From Podarcis liolepis (taxonomy: Eukaryota), in the NCBI GenBank assembly GCA_965112155.1, contig OZ218104.1: a stretch of DNA of 64,000 nucleotides, one strand, 5' to 3'. The notes beneath the pieces are model-generated. The model was not told the DNA's origin. It worked only from the letters and a program-made list of their open reading frames with translations, and ran no database searches. The position numbers and the translations under genes were made by a program. Below, piece after piece: positions 34,651 to 46,966 of the stretch (position 1 is the stretch's first letter; every line of letters starts with the position of its first letter).

Positions 34651-36168
34651 CTGCTAATCTGGTTTCTGGATTGCAGCTACCAGAAGGAGAGTTCAGGTTG
34701 CAATCCTAAACATATTTTTTTCATGTTCACACCACCCACAAGTCCCAACTCAGGCCAGGCTTTTTCATATACCCCTTCCCTGCCATTGCTGCACTCCAGA
34801 TAGAAATGCAACAATATCCCCTAACAAGTTCATTACAAAAAAGGATAAATAATCAAGACAAACAAAATCACAGAACAGACAATTTCAATAATCAATACAA
34901 AAACACTCAGTTCCTAACAATTCATTATACTAGAATAAGTAACAATGCTGTAATGACAGCATTAAACGGCAAGTCACAATTCATTCATACGAACAAGCAA
35001 AAATCACCAGCAAAGCTTGGCAAAAATTAATACAAATAAATGAAAATGCCAGTGTAATCGGTGCAATTAAGATGTTAAATGCACAATCTTATTGAAGGCA
35101 GAGGGACTTCTGAGTAAACATGCTGAGGACTGAGCTGTCAAATTAGGAAACAGAGGGAGAAATGCACTACTGGCTGTGAATGCCTGCTTGGCAAAGCAGA
35201 TACTCTGCTCAGAGGGGAAATTTGTTACATTCTTTGCCCCCTTGGGCCAAATTTCTAGGCCTGATAGAAAGGAAAGTGCAAAGAGGGCCCAGCTGCGGCC
35301 AGAGAAGGTCTGAGAACACCCAACACCCTGTGAGAGGGCAAATCTGTATTTAGTCACCAGCCACGCAAACTCAAATCATCACTTGTGCAGAGCACAGATA
35401 ACATATAATTTGGGAAGCCGGGAGAAGGCTTGAGGAATCTCCTATTGGAGCAGATGGGCCAATGGACAAAAGCGAGCTGCACTCTAAAAGCTGAACTTAG
35501 CCTACAACTGCCCTCCCTCCTGCCAGTGCGAACCTGGCAGGAACTCAGGAAGCAGCTAAACCACTTCTTGGTGTTCAGCATCACTGCAACATTCCCAAGC
35601 GGAACATGGGCGCATCGCATTGCTCTGATCTGCACATCAAACCACGCATAAAGTAACATGCAATTATACAATTAGGCTGATAACACAAGCCTCCAGTTAG
35701 TGTTTATTCCTCTTGCCAATCATGCTGCTGGCTGGGAAACAGGCCTCTTGGAATTTGCAGCTTGACAGCATTTTTCTCTTCCATTTGCGGAGCCTTTGCA
35801 ACCCTACCTGCTGGTGGAGGTTTCCATTTCCTTGGGGCCCTTAAGGATTTCCCATTACGAAGTCAACTGGAAATGGGATGGACTTAGTCCCATCTCCTGT
35901 GTGAACAAGGATGAACAGGGCTTTAACTGGTCCTTCCCTCCCTCCCTAGGAACAGGAAGCCCACCCTCAACGTGTGCATTGGCCTTATGTTGTGCAAGAA
36001 GGAGCTAATATCTCATAGCATATTCAGGACAGTTATCTGCAAGAGCAGATATGTTGTTTGCTCTGCAGGCACAGGCACCCACAAGCATCCCTATGGGGAC
36101 CTACTGTAGACTGAACCAGTCAGGGGTAATGAGCTCTTTCATCACAGGATTGAGAAACAGCACAGCCC

Positions 36169-36655
36169 CAGCCCATCGCCGGGGGTGGAGGAAAGTGGTG
36201 GGGCCAGTCCGTCCTGGGTGTCATCAATGAGGGGGTGACATTGGCGCTCTGCCAGCCTGTGACTCCCAAGCCTACCCCGAGCCGTTGGGGGAAGGGGCAG
36301 AGCTGCGCTGCCTTGCCAGTGGCCTTCCCCCCTTCCCCCTTTGTTTTGACAGCTCAGGGGAGGCTTGGGAGTCGCACCGTTGACCCCTGCTCCCAGGCTG
36401 CTTCCTGGGGGGGGAGCCTCCCCTGAGCTGTCAAAAGGAAGAGGGAAGGGAGGAAGGCTGCTGGCAAAGCGGTGCGGCTCCCCACCCCACCCCGCCGCCA
36501 CCAGCCAGGAAGCAGCCCACCATGGGGGCGGCTCGCTCCACCCCCCAGGATGCTCGTTCTGTCCGGGGGGTTGCTTGCCCCGCCCCCATGGCCCCGCCCC
36601 TGGGTGCACAGCATGTGTGACGCTCTGGGTGCTAGAGCAACTAGCTCCACCTCTG
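36169..36655. mobile_element. GC-rich non-autonomous hAT-like element with internal inverted repeats
   Basis: Subterminal ctgggtgtcatcaatgagggggtgaca and right end ctgggtgctagagcaactagctccacctctg; sharp GC/CpG contrast with flanks; boundaries approximate, no TSD seen. Confidence 0.6.
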
Positions 36656-39600
36656 CCCGCCGCTATCCATCTGACCTGCCCTTAATGGGACTGGCTTCCC
36701 CACTCTTTCCTCTCAGTCATTTCAACCTCCCACCTTATCTCACTGGGCTCTAGGACTGCTGGCTCTTCCTTAATACATTTGTAGATTAGCTGCTCCTTCC
36801 ATTAGCAAATTAGAAATCCTCCAACCCACTAGTTAGGGAGAGGTTTCCTCTTCTTTTCATGCGTGTCTAGATCCCAGCCTTGCCTACCATGAAAGCGTCC
36901 ATGCCTCTCGTGAAAGAGGGACCATTTTGAATCAAATTCTGTGGCTTTTCGGGAAATGGTTGGTTCTAGACAGTAATGTCCCTACGTTTCGTTAAGGAGA
37001 AAATTCATTGTTGGGGAAGTGTAATTCACAAAAAGAGATTAACAAAAGACGGCGGTGGGCATGTCAACCAGAGCGTGGCAGGGCTCACACCTTCACAGCA
37101 GAGGCTGTAGGAGGGGGTGGCTTGAGCAGGACAATGACTGGGCAGGGCAGGAAGGATGGGGGCTGCCCCCAAATGCAGAAGCAAACCCCCTTCCTCCCAG
37201 TTTGTGCTGTATAAATCAAAACAACTGGGATCCACTTTGAGCCTTCCAGAGAAGGTGGGTGTGAAATAATTGAATGGTCACGCAGAGCACCCACTCAGCT
37301 CTTCCACCATCACTGCTTTTGCAGTTGAGGCAACCAGTTTCTAATGGCCATCTAATAATAAGAAAGTATAATTTACACAGATCACTGTAAAGAGTGGGTC
37401 ATTCTGAGGCTTTAAGAGGAGTCACAAAATCTGGGAAGCTGCATATTGAAACAAAATAAATAAAACCCCTGGTGGATCCCTTCTTTCTATGGCACAGAGC
37501 TGGTCCTTGGGCTGTGCACAGCTAGTGCTAGTCCCAGGCTATCAGGACGTACTTACAGTTCAACGACCCTTCAGGAGCTCTTTGGGGGCTGCTCCAGAAT
37601 GGCCAGCAAAGGAGTCCTACAACACTCCTGTACCATGTCTCTAAACTCAAACTGCCTGTGCACTTGAATGCCAGCATTTCAAGGCTCAGGTTCCTTGGTC
37701 AATGCTGGGGATTACAAGCTTTATGAAAAATCAACATGCAGATTGATTTTTGGTCAGATAATGTTTTGCCATGTTTTGAACCCAAGGATGATAAAGGCAT
37801 AAACTGTTCAATTTCTCCCAGATGCAAAATTTACCCAATGTAGCAGAAGCTTTTTGTGCACCTGAAAGTCAAAAAAGCTTCTGACAAAAGTTAGGATGGA
37901 GAGCAAGCCATGAATGCCTGAGGATTCTACCTGACAGAGAGTTTAGAAGAACCAAAATGAAACCTCCAGCAGCCAGGTGAGATACCTCTCCTGGGAGATG
38001 CGAGATCCTGAACAGTGCAGAGGGCCCAACCACCTGGCCACTCTGTGCCTCTTATCTCTTCCTTTAATTGGTTTAATCTAGCCTGCAGGTCCATGCTGAA
38101 CAAACCCCAACAAGATGCTGTGCGTACTCTTCTGAGACTCCTTTGCAGGCAGCAACCCCCAGCCTTTAGTGGGCTGTTGCAGTCCCAGCAACAACACCCA
38201 AAAGAGAGAAGGACGTTTTGTGCTTCTCAAGAGTGTCCGTTTAAGCCTTCTTGGTCTCACGCGGCAGAGAGGCAGGATGTGCAAAGAGTTAAACAGCTCA
38301 CATTTCCATTACACTTTGCCACTGGGCACAACGAATTTGATGTAATTAAGAACCATTTAGGAGGCAAAGTGTGAATGGATCCAACTGCACTTCTGAATTT
38401 TTAAACGGATCCTAAGTGGGAGACAGTGGCCGGCTGCAGCCTCTCTCCAGAACACAAAGAGCTGCTCCTCTGCCCTGCTGAGTGGAGCCCTTGGAGCAAA
38501 GGTAGGGGATGGGGGAAGCAGATTACAAAATTCAGTCACATTTGAAAATTTTCTGCTACAATAATTCACTTTATGTAGAATTAATGTGGCTGATTGAACG
38601 TTTGTGCTGCAATTTACTTATAATTAACATTTTATGGTGAACAGATTTCACCATCGCCTTCATGCTGGGAACTCCGAGCCATAGGTCAAAAACAGAGATG
38701 AAACAGAGAAGCACAAAATATTCTCACTGAAATATTAATGAGATTTTAATTTACTGCTTTAAAAATACATCTTTCATCAACGTCTGTATATCAAATCATT
38801 ATTTCAATTTCCCCCCTCAAATCACATTAAAACTATAATGAACTTTTCTGGCCTTTGAAAAGCTCTGAGGGAGAGACATTTGTTTTGAAGGAACATCCCT
38901 GGGGAGGAGCGCCAAAGCACCCCCCTCCAGCCCATGGCTCTCTGGCTGACCAGGACCATTTACTGCCCGACTCTTGGCCCACTGGCTTCTGCAGCCATTG
39001 CTGCACTCTGGAAAGGAAGGTAAAGTGAGGGTCAGTCAATAGGCTCACCCAAGATCCCCTTCTCCTTACTGAAAGCCAGGGCCCCAGGGACTGAAGGGAA
39101 ACTCCAGCTGGTCAGCCCTACATATTTCACTTACTGATTTTATTTCCCATTGCTTTGAGATGTTTCTCAGGAATGGGGGGGGGGAGCGGGGGGGGAATCT
39201 AGGCTGCTTTTCAAAATAAGGATTTTCCCCCAAGCAACACACATTAAAAGCAAAATTATTGAAACAAAATGTAAATTCAAAAGGCAGCATACAAACATTT
39301 AAGCCTTAACAAGTAAACCATTCCAAATTCAAAGCCACCCAAATCCACAGTCTTCCACAGCAACAGCTAGCAGCCTTTGCAACAGCCTCAGGTGCTGGAT
39401 TGCCACTGCTCAAGTAAAAAAGCAGTGTTTTAAGGTGTATTTGTGAAGATATCCTGCTAATGTTGCCATATGTTCTCTTTTTCCAGGACACGTCCTCTTT
39501 TTCATGAGCAGAGTCGTCATAGCGATCCATAGTTTAAAAGTAGAAATCAGCAAATGTGTCCTCTTTTTTTCCCCTCTTCAAAATATGGCGACCCTATCAG

Positions 39601-41006
39601 CTGAATGCTGAAGAGAAGGGCACAGTGAATTTCTGCCTGCCACACAGCTGTTGAAGGTAAAAGAGCCTTGCTCTCCTCCACTGCCAACTCTCAAACCATA
39701 CCAGTGGGTTTCTTGAGCTTCAAAACCAATTATGTTACTGCAGCTATTGCATCCATTGATCTTAGGCTGGCAATATGACATTCAGTGCTAGATCAGGACT
39801 GGTATTTCAGATGGCAGAGGCGGGGGTGGAGGGGTCAAAAGAGATTGAAGAATTACAGCAGTCAAGGCTCAGATGCTGCCCGTGCTTGCATAAATTCAAG
39901 ATTAAATTGTTAAAAAGCATTCTAAGAGCATTTGCTGTGGTTATTTATTTATATCTCATAATAATAAGTACAACAATGTCATCAGCCCAGGTCAAGCAGG
40001 CGCCCTTTTATTTTACTTTTTTAGCAAAAAGGATTTGATGCTTTGACATTAATGTATATACCAGAACAATCCACCCCAAGAATTTCCCTAACCTACCCTT
40101 CTGAAAGCAATTAATCCCCCTCCCATGTTGCTGCTACAATCAACTGATCAGCATCTACATCTGTATTTCCCTTTAAAAAAAACCAACACACCATGAGCCT
40201 GAATAACAACACTAGTCTACACTGCAGGGTTGTCATGGACTACTCTTTCTCAATCCTCCTGTCACCCCCACTTTAGCAATATTAGTATAGCAACTCTGAG
40301 CTATTTTGCATGGCTGATGTAATCCTTGCTTTCTCAACCATAATATCCTCCGTGCAATATGGATATACTAATCATGGATTTTATTTGTATTTCCATTTGC
40401 AGGGTGTCACATGAAATTAATCCTGTGCTACGAAGAGCATGAAGTCCTGTCCTCATTGCACCCTTTTGGTTTGGCTGGACATGCCGCTGCCTAGTCACTA
40501 CTACACTAAAATCCTGGATTTCCAAATTATTATCTCTGATCAACAATTACTTGTCTGTTACAGAAGAAGAAAGCATCAAAAAGACTCAGCCATTCCTTTC
40601 TCTGTTGTTTTGAATCTAGCAAAAAAGAAAAAGAAAAAGAAAAAGTTTGAGCCACAGAGCTTCAAAATGACCCAGGAAGTCCCTTCTCCATTGTGTGCAG
40701 AAGGGGTTTCCTGGGTCATGCTGGAGCTGCTTTGTGCTCTTCTCTGATGTGTGGGTCACTCTACATTTATCTGTAGCACTTGCCAATCACAGCGGTGATC
40801 ACTCACAGCCTACAAACACTGAAAAGTGGGAACAGGCTCATATTTCTTGAGGCTTTTGGGGGTGGGGAATAGTGCCTGCACAGCTTGCTTCATAACATTT
40901 GTTCTACAAGGGCTAGAAATTTACTTTTAAAAAAAGAAAAGAAAGCTCAGAGTCTGCTCTCCTGCTGGCTCTGAGCTCGGTCCCTCCTTCTCTGGTTGGG
41001 TGCTGC

Positions 41007-41290
41007 AGGAAACAGAGAAAGTGTCCTTCTCTTGAGTCAGGCCATTAGGTCATCTAGATCAGCACTGTCAACACTGACTGGCAGCAGCAATCCAAGTTTC
41101 AAGTTAGGGGAAATTCCCAGTCCTATCTGGAGGTGCCATTGTTTCCCCACTTCTAATTTTATTATTTTCAGAAGCATATAATATAATAATATAAACCTTT
41201 GTATATTGGTGGCGGTGCAAGTGTGGATTGAACCAGGGATCTTCTGCATGCTGAGCAAAGGTTTGACCATTTAGCTACAATGCGCCTTCC
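41007..41290 (-). mobile_element. Squam2-type SINE with an about 86-nt internal insertion (41139-41224)
   Basis: gagtcaggccattaggtcatctagatcagcactgtcaacactgactggcagc...ctggaggtgcca [insert] ggattgaaccagggatcttctgcatg...agctacaatgcgccttcc. Confidence 0.8.
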
Positions 41291-41294
41291 TATG

Positions 41295-41335
41295 AACAGG
41301 ATGCTAGACTAGGTTGGCCTTTGGTCTGATCCAGC
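41295..41335 (+). mobile_element. CR1 3' tip
   Basis: aacaggatgctagactaggttggcctttggtctgatccagc. Confidence 0.65.
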
Positions 41336-41509
41336 CCTAAGGCACTCCCGCCCATATCACATCAAAAACATTCACCGACATTTCTGCCTCAGAGTCGTAG
41401 GCTCTTAATTTCAGTCACCACTAGCAAGGAGTGCGGCTGGCTATGCAGAAGAGGATATTGCCATTACCATACATACGAACTGGGGAGGAAATAAGATGGT
41501 AACAATGAA

Positions 41510-41516
41510 ACACACA

Positions 41517-41562
<46 letters not shown>
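41510..41562. repeat. (CA)n(GA)n compound microsatellite
   Basis: Direct reading. Confidence 0.95.
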
Positions 41563-41567
<5 letters not shown>

Positions 41568-41912
41568 AAGCAACCTTTCCTTATTTCTCTCGTAATAATC
41601 TGGTTTTTGCTGCAAAGACTGCAAGAACAGCCCCCTCACACACCATCCCCTACCAATCCCAGGCCTCACTTTGAGTTCATTCTGTGCATTTACACATTCT
41701 GAAAGAAAGAAAGAAAGGAAGGAAAACCTAATGAATATACTCAAAACAACAACCTTGTCTGTGTTCAAAAGGCCCTGGATTTTGCTCCAAAGTTGCTGTT
41801 CCGTAGTAGAAAGATAGAAACATCCCTGGGAATTATTACTAATTTTTAAACAGCACTAAAGAATTAAAGCACAAGAGAAAAAGAAGACAAGCAGGAGGAA
41901 GGGGGGAGGAGG

Positions 41913-42044
41913 NNNNNNNNNNNNNNNNNNNNNNNNNNNNNNNNNNNNNNNNNNNNNNNNNNNNNNNNNNNNNNNNNNNNNNNNNNNNNNNNNNNNNNNN
42001 NNNNNNNNNNNNNNNNNNNNNNNNNNNNNNNNNNNNNNNNNNNN
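41913..42044. other. Assembly gap (N run, 132 nt)
   Basis: Run of N flanked by GGA-rich sequence. Confidence 0.99.
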
Positions 42045-44300
42045 GGAGGGAAAATGGGTTTGGGGGGGGCATTTCAGCTTAAAAGGAGACTTTATTCATT
42101 CCTGATCAGCTTCTCCTTCTATTCTCTCTTTTATTCTTAGATATCTTTTTTTTTTTAAGGCGGCCCTTCAGATGTTACACATCCAACCCTGTGAATCCCA
42201 CCTCTGGGCAGTGAGGGTGGAATTCAGCATCCAATCGGCTCTTTCTACAGCGCTGAAAAACCAATTTGCTCATAAAGATTTTTTTTTTTTTAAAGGGAGA
42301 AGCACAACAAGAGGGGGCTGGAGTTGCTCTTGGAGGAGAGCTTCAATTTCACTGTAATTGTCAGAAGAAGGGCTGCTTTGATCTACAGAATCATTATTAT
42401 CTTTCAAATGTCTGTGCATTAATGCAGCAGCTGCACTTTGGCAGGAGGGCATCAAGAGGGTGTTGCAGGATAACCTCCGGCTTTGGCCCTGCTTAGCTCC
42501 CCCCACAAGCCTCCCTCTTCACTCTTCCCCCCACCCCACTTATTATTTCCAAGGCCACTTAGGAAGATGCCCCACAAGCAGCAGCGGCAGATGTAAAGCT
42601 CTTCGTCACCAGCCTTGGTGTTTCCGAGAAGGTCCCACCAAAGGTTTGGAAAGGAGCTCTCCAGGCAACACAAGAAATGCTCTTGCCTGTCAAGCCCCCA
42701 TCCCTGCCCCCAGTTCCAACCCCAGGCAAAGGCAACTGGGAGGAGACTTGAATGTTGGGTGAAGACTCATCTTCTGATCTTCATATTTTCGTTCTCCATT
42801 CTGCATTATCCAAACAGAAGAATTTTCTTCTCTTTGTGTTGCATGCTGTTGCTACAATCCTCAAACCCAGTTCTGGAAATCACGATCCACAGCATGCTCT
42901 GGTTGGGAAGATGGAGCCTAGGAGAGGCCCTCATCTGTGCACCTGCAGCTGCCAGGTGGCAAGACTAAGGGCCCAGTTACACCTTATGGGGACACTGGAT
43001 GGCTGCCAGAGACCCGCCTCCCCAAAGAATTACTGGGCAAAAGACACAGGTGCCACTGTATTCCGTGATCTCACCACCACCACCATTCCAGTTCACTGAC
43101 TGCCACTGACTGGAAGAGACAGAGTGCATTGGATGCATGGATTCATGCCTCATGTTTCTTCTGCCAAACACTACTGAGGGGACACAGGTTGGTGGGAGCT
43201 GTGTCCCCCTCCCACACACATGAAGCCCACCCTAAATCACTGGAAGATAAGCAGTCACCTTCATTTCTCTGATGCAATTTTTGGCCCTCAACCCCAACAC
43301 TACATTGCTCCTTGATTCACTGATTCCATTTCTCTGCTGCCCATCCAAGGCTTAAAGCTCCTTATGGAAGCTACTGACTGTTTTGTTTTTGTGAGAAGTG
43401 GGGCATCTGCAAAGGGGAAGAGGAAGACTTGCTTAGGAAAGCCAGTAGGCCCACCAACCTCACTTTCCCCACCTGCACGAGCTCCCCACCTAACCTTATG
43501 CTAATTAGCCGTGCAGCCCCACCAAGAGCAAAGTTGCCTGCCATGTCCCCCTCCCTCACCATGATTTATGTTCAATTTGTACAAATGGAGAAAATGAGAT
43601 TTCTGATTTCAATGCCATTTCTGCAATGAAGTGATTAAAAGAGAGAGAGAGAGAAAGAGAGAGAGTAGGGGAGAGGGAGGCACTGCGTTCGACTGTATAG
43701 AATATTGATCCCGGCGCTATTTTCCTTTGCAATAACCATTAGCCCTGTATTATTTGCAAACCTCTAATGTGAACCCGAGGATGTAATTTACATTTCTGCT
43801 TTCCTTATTTGCCTTAACAAAACAACAACAAAAAGCTTTGGGCCTTTCAATCTATCCACATTGTCAATAAAATCAGCAGCTGATAGGAATTTGTGCATAT
43901 GCTAAACTGTCATCTCCATGTAAACGACAGAGGGTAAAGTGAGGAGCAGAGGGGACTAGGAAGGCTTCAGATTGTCTAGACTTGGCACAGGTCTCCTCCT
44001 GTGTCCATCCTATACCTGTTATTTGCTCCCCCCTCCCCAAGAGCACAGTCCTGGCTCCTGGAAGCAATGCACAGGAAGCCATGCAGGCAATAGGCCTGGA
44101 TGTGGCCTGAGGAATATAGCCACATAACGAACTCAGGGCGCTTCCAGATTTTTGAGTAGGATTCAGTCACAAACTGGCAAATGAAGGCTGCACAGTTAAA
44201 GTTGTTTGGGTGGTCTTGTGCAACAAACCCACTTCTCCAAAAGAATTTATTTTATTTTATTTTGCAATCAGGAAAATGATGAGAAAATGCACTGAGATAA

Positions 44301-44484
44301 TATACCCTCCAAATGTCCCGATTTTCCAGGGACAGTCCTGGAATTACAGAAGCAGCCCCAGTTTCTGATTTGATCCTGGACTGTCCCACTTTTCCAAAAG
44401 GACATCCCTATTTTCATCGGAGAAATGTCAGAAGAGATGGAAGAGGACATCCCTCTTTTCATTGGAGAAATGTTGAAGGGTATG
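44301..44484. mobile_element. MITE with (c)ataccctccaa / ttg(g)agggtatg termini and duplicated right end
   Basis: Left tataccctccaaatgtcccgattttccagggacagtcc; right-end unit at 44400-44439 and again at 44445-44484; same family as 52138-52517. Confidence 0.8.
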
Positions 44485-44684
44485 GGATAACACTTGCTTT
44501 GATGCAACATCATCTAACCACCCCCCAAACAAACTGGAAAAAATGCTCATTGAATGGCCAGCATCATCTAATCTGCCTGCAAATGAGTCGGGATGGATCC
44601 TTAATAAAGAAGTTGTCTCGAAGTGGCCTCTCACACCATTTTACAGCCAGCCATTTCATCACTCCAGAACTTGGAGGGGGCACA

Positions 44685-44805
44685 TCAGGGGCATCTAAGC
44701 TGTGACCCTCCAAATGGTCCTGGACTACAGATTCCATCACCCCCAAATGTGGGTCATGTTCACTGCAGTTCAGCAACATCTGGAGGCTGCAGATTAGCCA
44801 CAGGG
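44685..44805. mobile_element. Degraded palindromic hAT MITE
   Basis: ccctccaaatggtcctggactacagattccatca...tgcagttcagcaacatctggagg; related to 33494. Confidence 0.55.
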
Positions 44806-46859
44806 ACACTTTAGAGAGGGTTGCAACTGCAGCTAATAAACTACAGCAAAAGAAGGTGTTTCAAATGTGCTCTAAAGGTATAGCGTGTACACTGAAACAG
44901 GTACATTGTAGGATAGATGATGCCCCTTGTTATGTGATGGGTGGCCAGTGTGGCTGAGCTGTGCCCCTTCCTAAAAAGGTCCAGCTCTTTGTTAATGTGC
45001 TTTAGGTCACAATGGTGGACCTATCCCAGTTCATAAGCACCCAGCCAGCCATCAAAGAGGCAACAGGCAGCAAAGAAGCCCAAAGAGGTATGTGTGGAAT
45101 GGAGAGGTACTAGAGACAGAAAGGCAAGTGGGGGGATGGGACAAGCAAGGTAGCTCTTGCCCTTCAGCCAGGAGGGATACAACGCTCTTGCCTCTGAATC
45201 AGGAGGACTTTGTCAGGGTGGGGAAAACAGTCATGCAAAGGTCCAAATCCATCTGGGACTCTCGTGCAGAGATTGCTGGAAAAACCCTTACTGAGCTAAC
45301 TGCACAAGGAGTTTATAGCGCAGGTACACACACCTGCACCACACACACCAGTCCAAGGAGAATCAAGATGGGGAGGCAGGGATGAAGTCCTGAGAAGTTG
45401 TCAGACATCATGTTGCCTCTTGGGTACCAGTTCCTGACAAAGAAGATGAGGAAGTTTCTAGGCATCCCCAAAAACAAGGAGAAGGAAAGCAGGAGAGGGA
45501 GCCCAGCCCAGCTAATGACCCTTAATTGCCACAAGCAGCATGGCACTGAGGCCAGGCGGCTGCTTTGCATTCTTGGGGTGTAGGGTATGCAAATGTCTCC
45601 CAAGGGCTGACACAGTTTCTCTATTGTGGATCCTGAGGGTAACAAAATTAGCCTTTGGCAGCCATGGTAATTGGGAGGTGCGGTTCCCATTAGGAGTCCT
45701 ACAAATTATGAAGAAAAATGGACCAGGGGCTTTGTCGCAAATAATAATAGCAAGAAGAAAAGAGCAGGCGCCTGCCTCTGTCCCCCCCCCCCCACGCCAA
45801 ATCTCTCTCTTTATTTCTAGATGGTGCAGTTAATGCCTCCTTGTTTAGTAACAAGAAAATAGTCTGCAGTCCCCTGCTGGACTTTTCCAAGGCAAGATCA
45901 CATGGTGGATAATATAAAATCCAATCCGAAGATGGAGTTGCAGCAGAGCCAAAGTGCCAGTGGCTGATCCAGACAATGTTCTTGTCCCTGCTTTGCCCGC
46001 CCCCCCCCCGCCCCCGCCTTTGTTGTGAATGAGGACTGAGACCTGCAGCAACATGGAAGGATGTGCTTCCTGGTCCCTGAAGGGCTAGACATCTTTGAAC
46101 AGTCCCAACCCATGATTTCTTCTTTCCTCTGCTGCAAATGGGGGGTCCTAGCCTGCTCCCAAATGTGCCTGCCCGGGATGAAGGTCCCAGCCGCTGAGAA
46201 CTTGAAATGCTCTGCCAACATCTTCAATGGCTGCTGACCCTCTCACAGCAGATACCGCAAGTCTGAAAATGAGTGGCCTCTTTGATCTCCCTGCCAGGAG
46301 ACCAAATGTCACATTCAAGAAGCCCCAGCCGCCGCCCCCAAGTTTACACCTGAGACTGTTTTCCTCCCGAGTCTTGAGGGTTTTCCATACTACTGGGTCA
46401 GGGTAGCAGAGAGTGTGAGAAGTTTCACATACATAGTGCAGCAGGCCACCTGCTCTGCAACTGTACTGTGTTTCCTTTTGCAAGAAAACTGCAAGATGTC
46501 CCCAAGGTTCACTCAGGTTTGTGGATGAAGCTAACAGGGACAGAGGAAGTGAGGCAGATGTCCAAGGAAGGCCTCCCTCCTTCCTTCTGAAGTGCATGAG
46601 GCCATTGCCAGTCGCATCAGGACCCAGCCAGAGGGCTCTGGAATTTGGCTGAGCCAGGCAACTGGAAAGTTCCCTTGTTGCATGGTGTCCAGAGAAAGGC
46701 CTGAAGCCAGATGATTGGGTCTGTGCCTGCACAGTATCAGCACTGGGTGGGGGGCAGTTTTGGGGGATGCCATGAATGCAATTCTGAGCCAGCAATAAAA
46801 GGGGAAATGAGGGATTTGGGAATATTGAACTGTTGCAGTCACATTTGTGCTTTGAACTG

Positions 46860-46966
46860 CAATTTGTTAAGGGTGCTGGGAATTATAGTTCTGTGAAGGA
46901 TAAACTACAGTTCCCATGATTCTTGGGGGGAAGCCATGTGCTTCTGATGTATGGTGTGGATGTGCA
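46860..46966. mobile_element. Palindromic MITE half (7051 family)
   Basis: tttgttaagggtgctgggaattatagttctgtgaaggataaactacagttcccatgattcttggggggaagccatgtgctt. Confidence 0.75.

Noticed and set aside
46148-46795. 215-aa minus-strand ORF, and similar 150-200 aa ORFs at 2027, 13231, 18115, 54661 and 62572
   Set aside because: No recognisable protein features; composition typical of chance ORFs, often with simple repeats.
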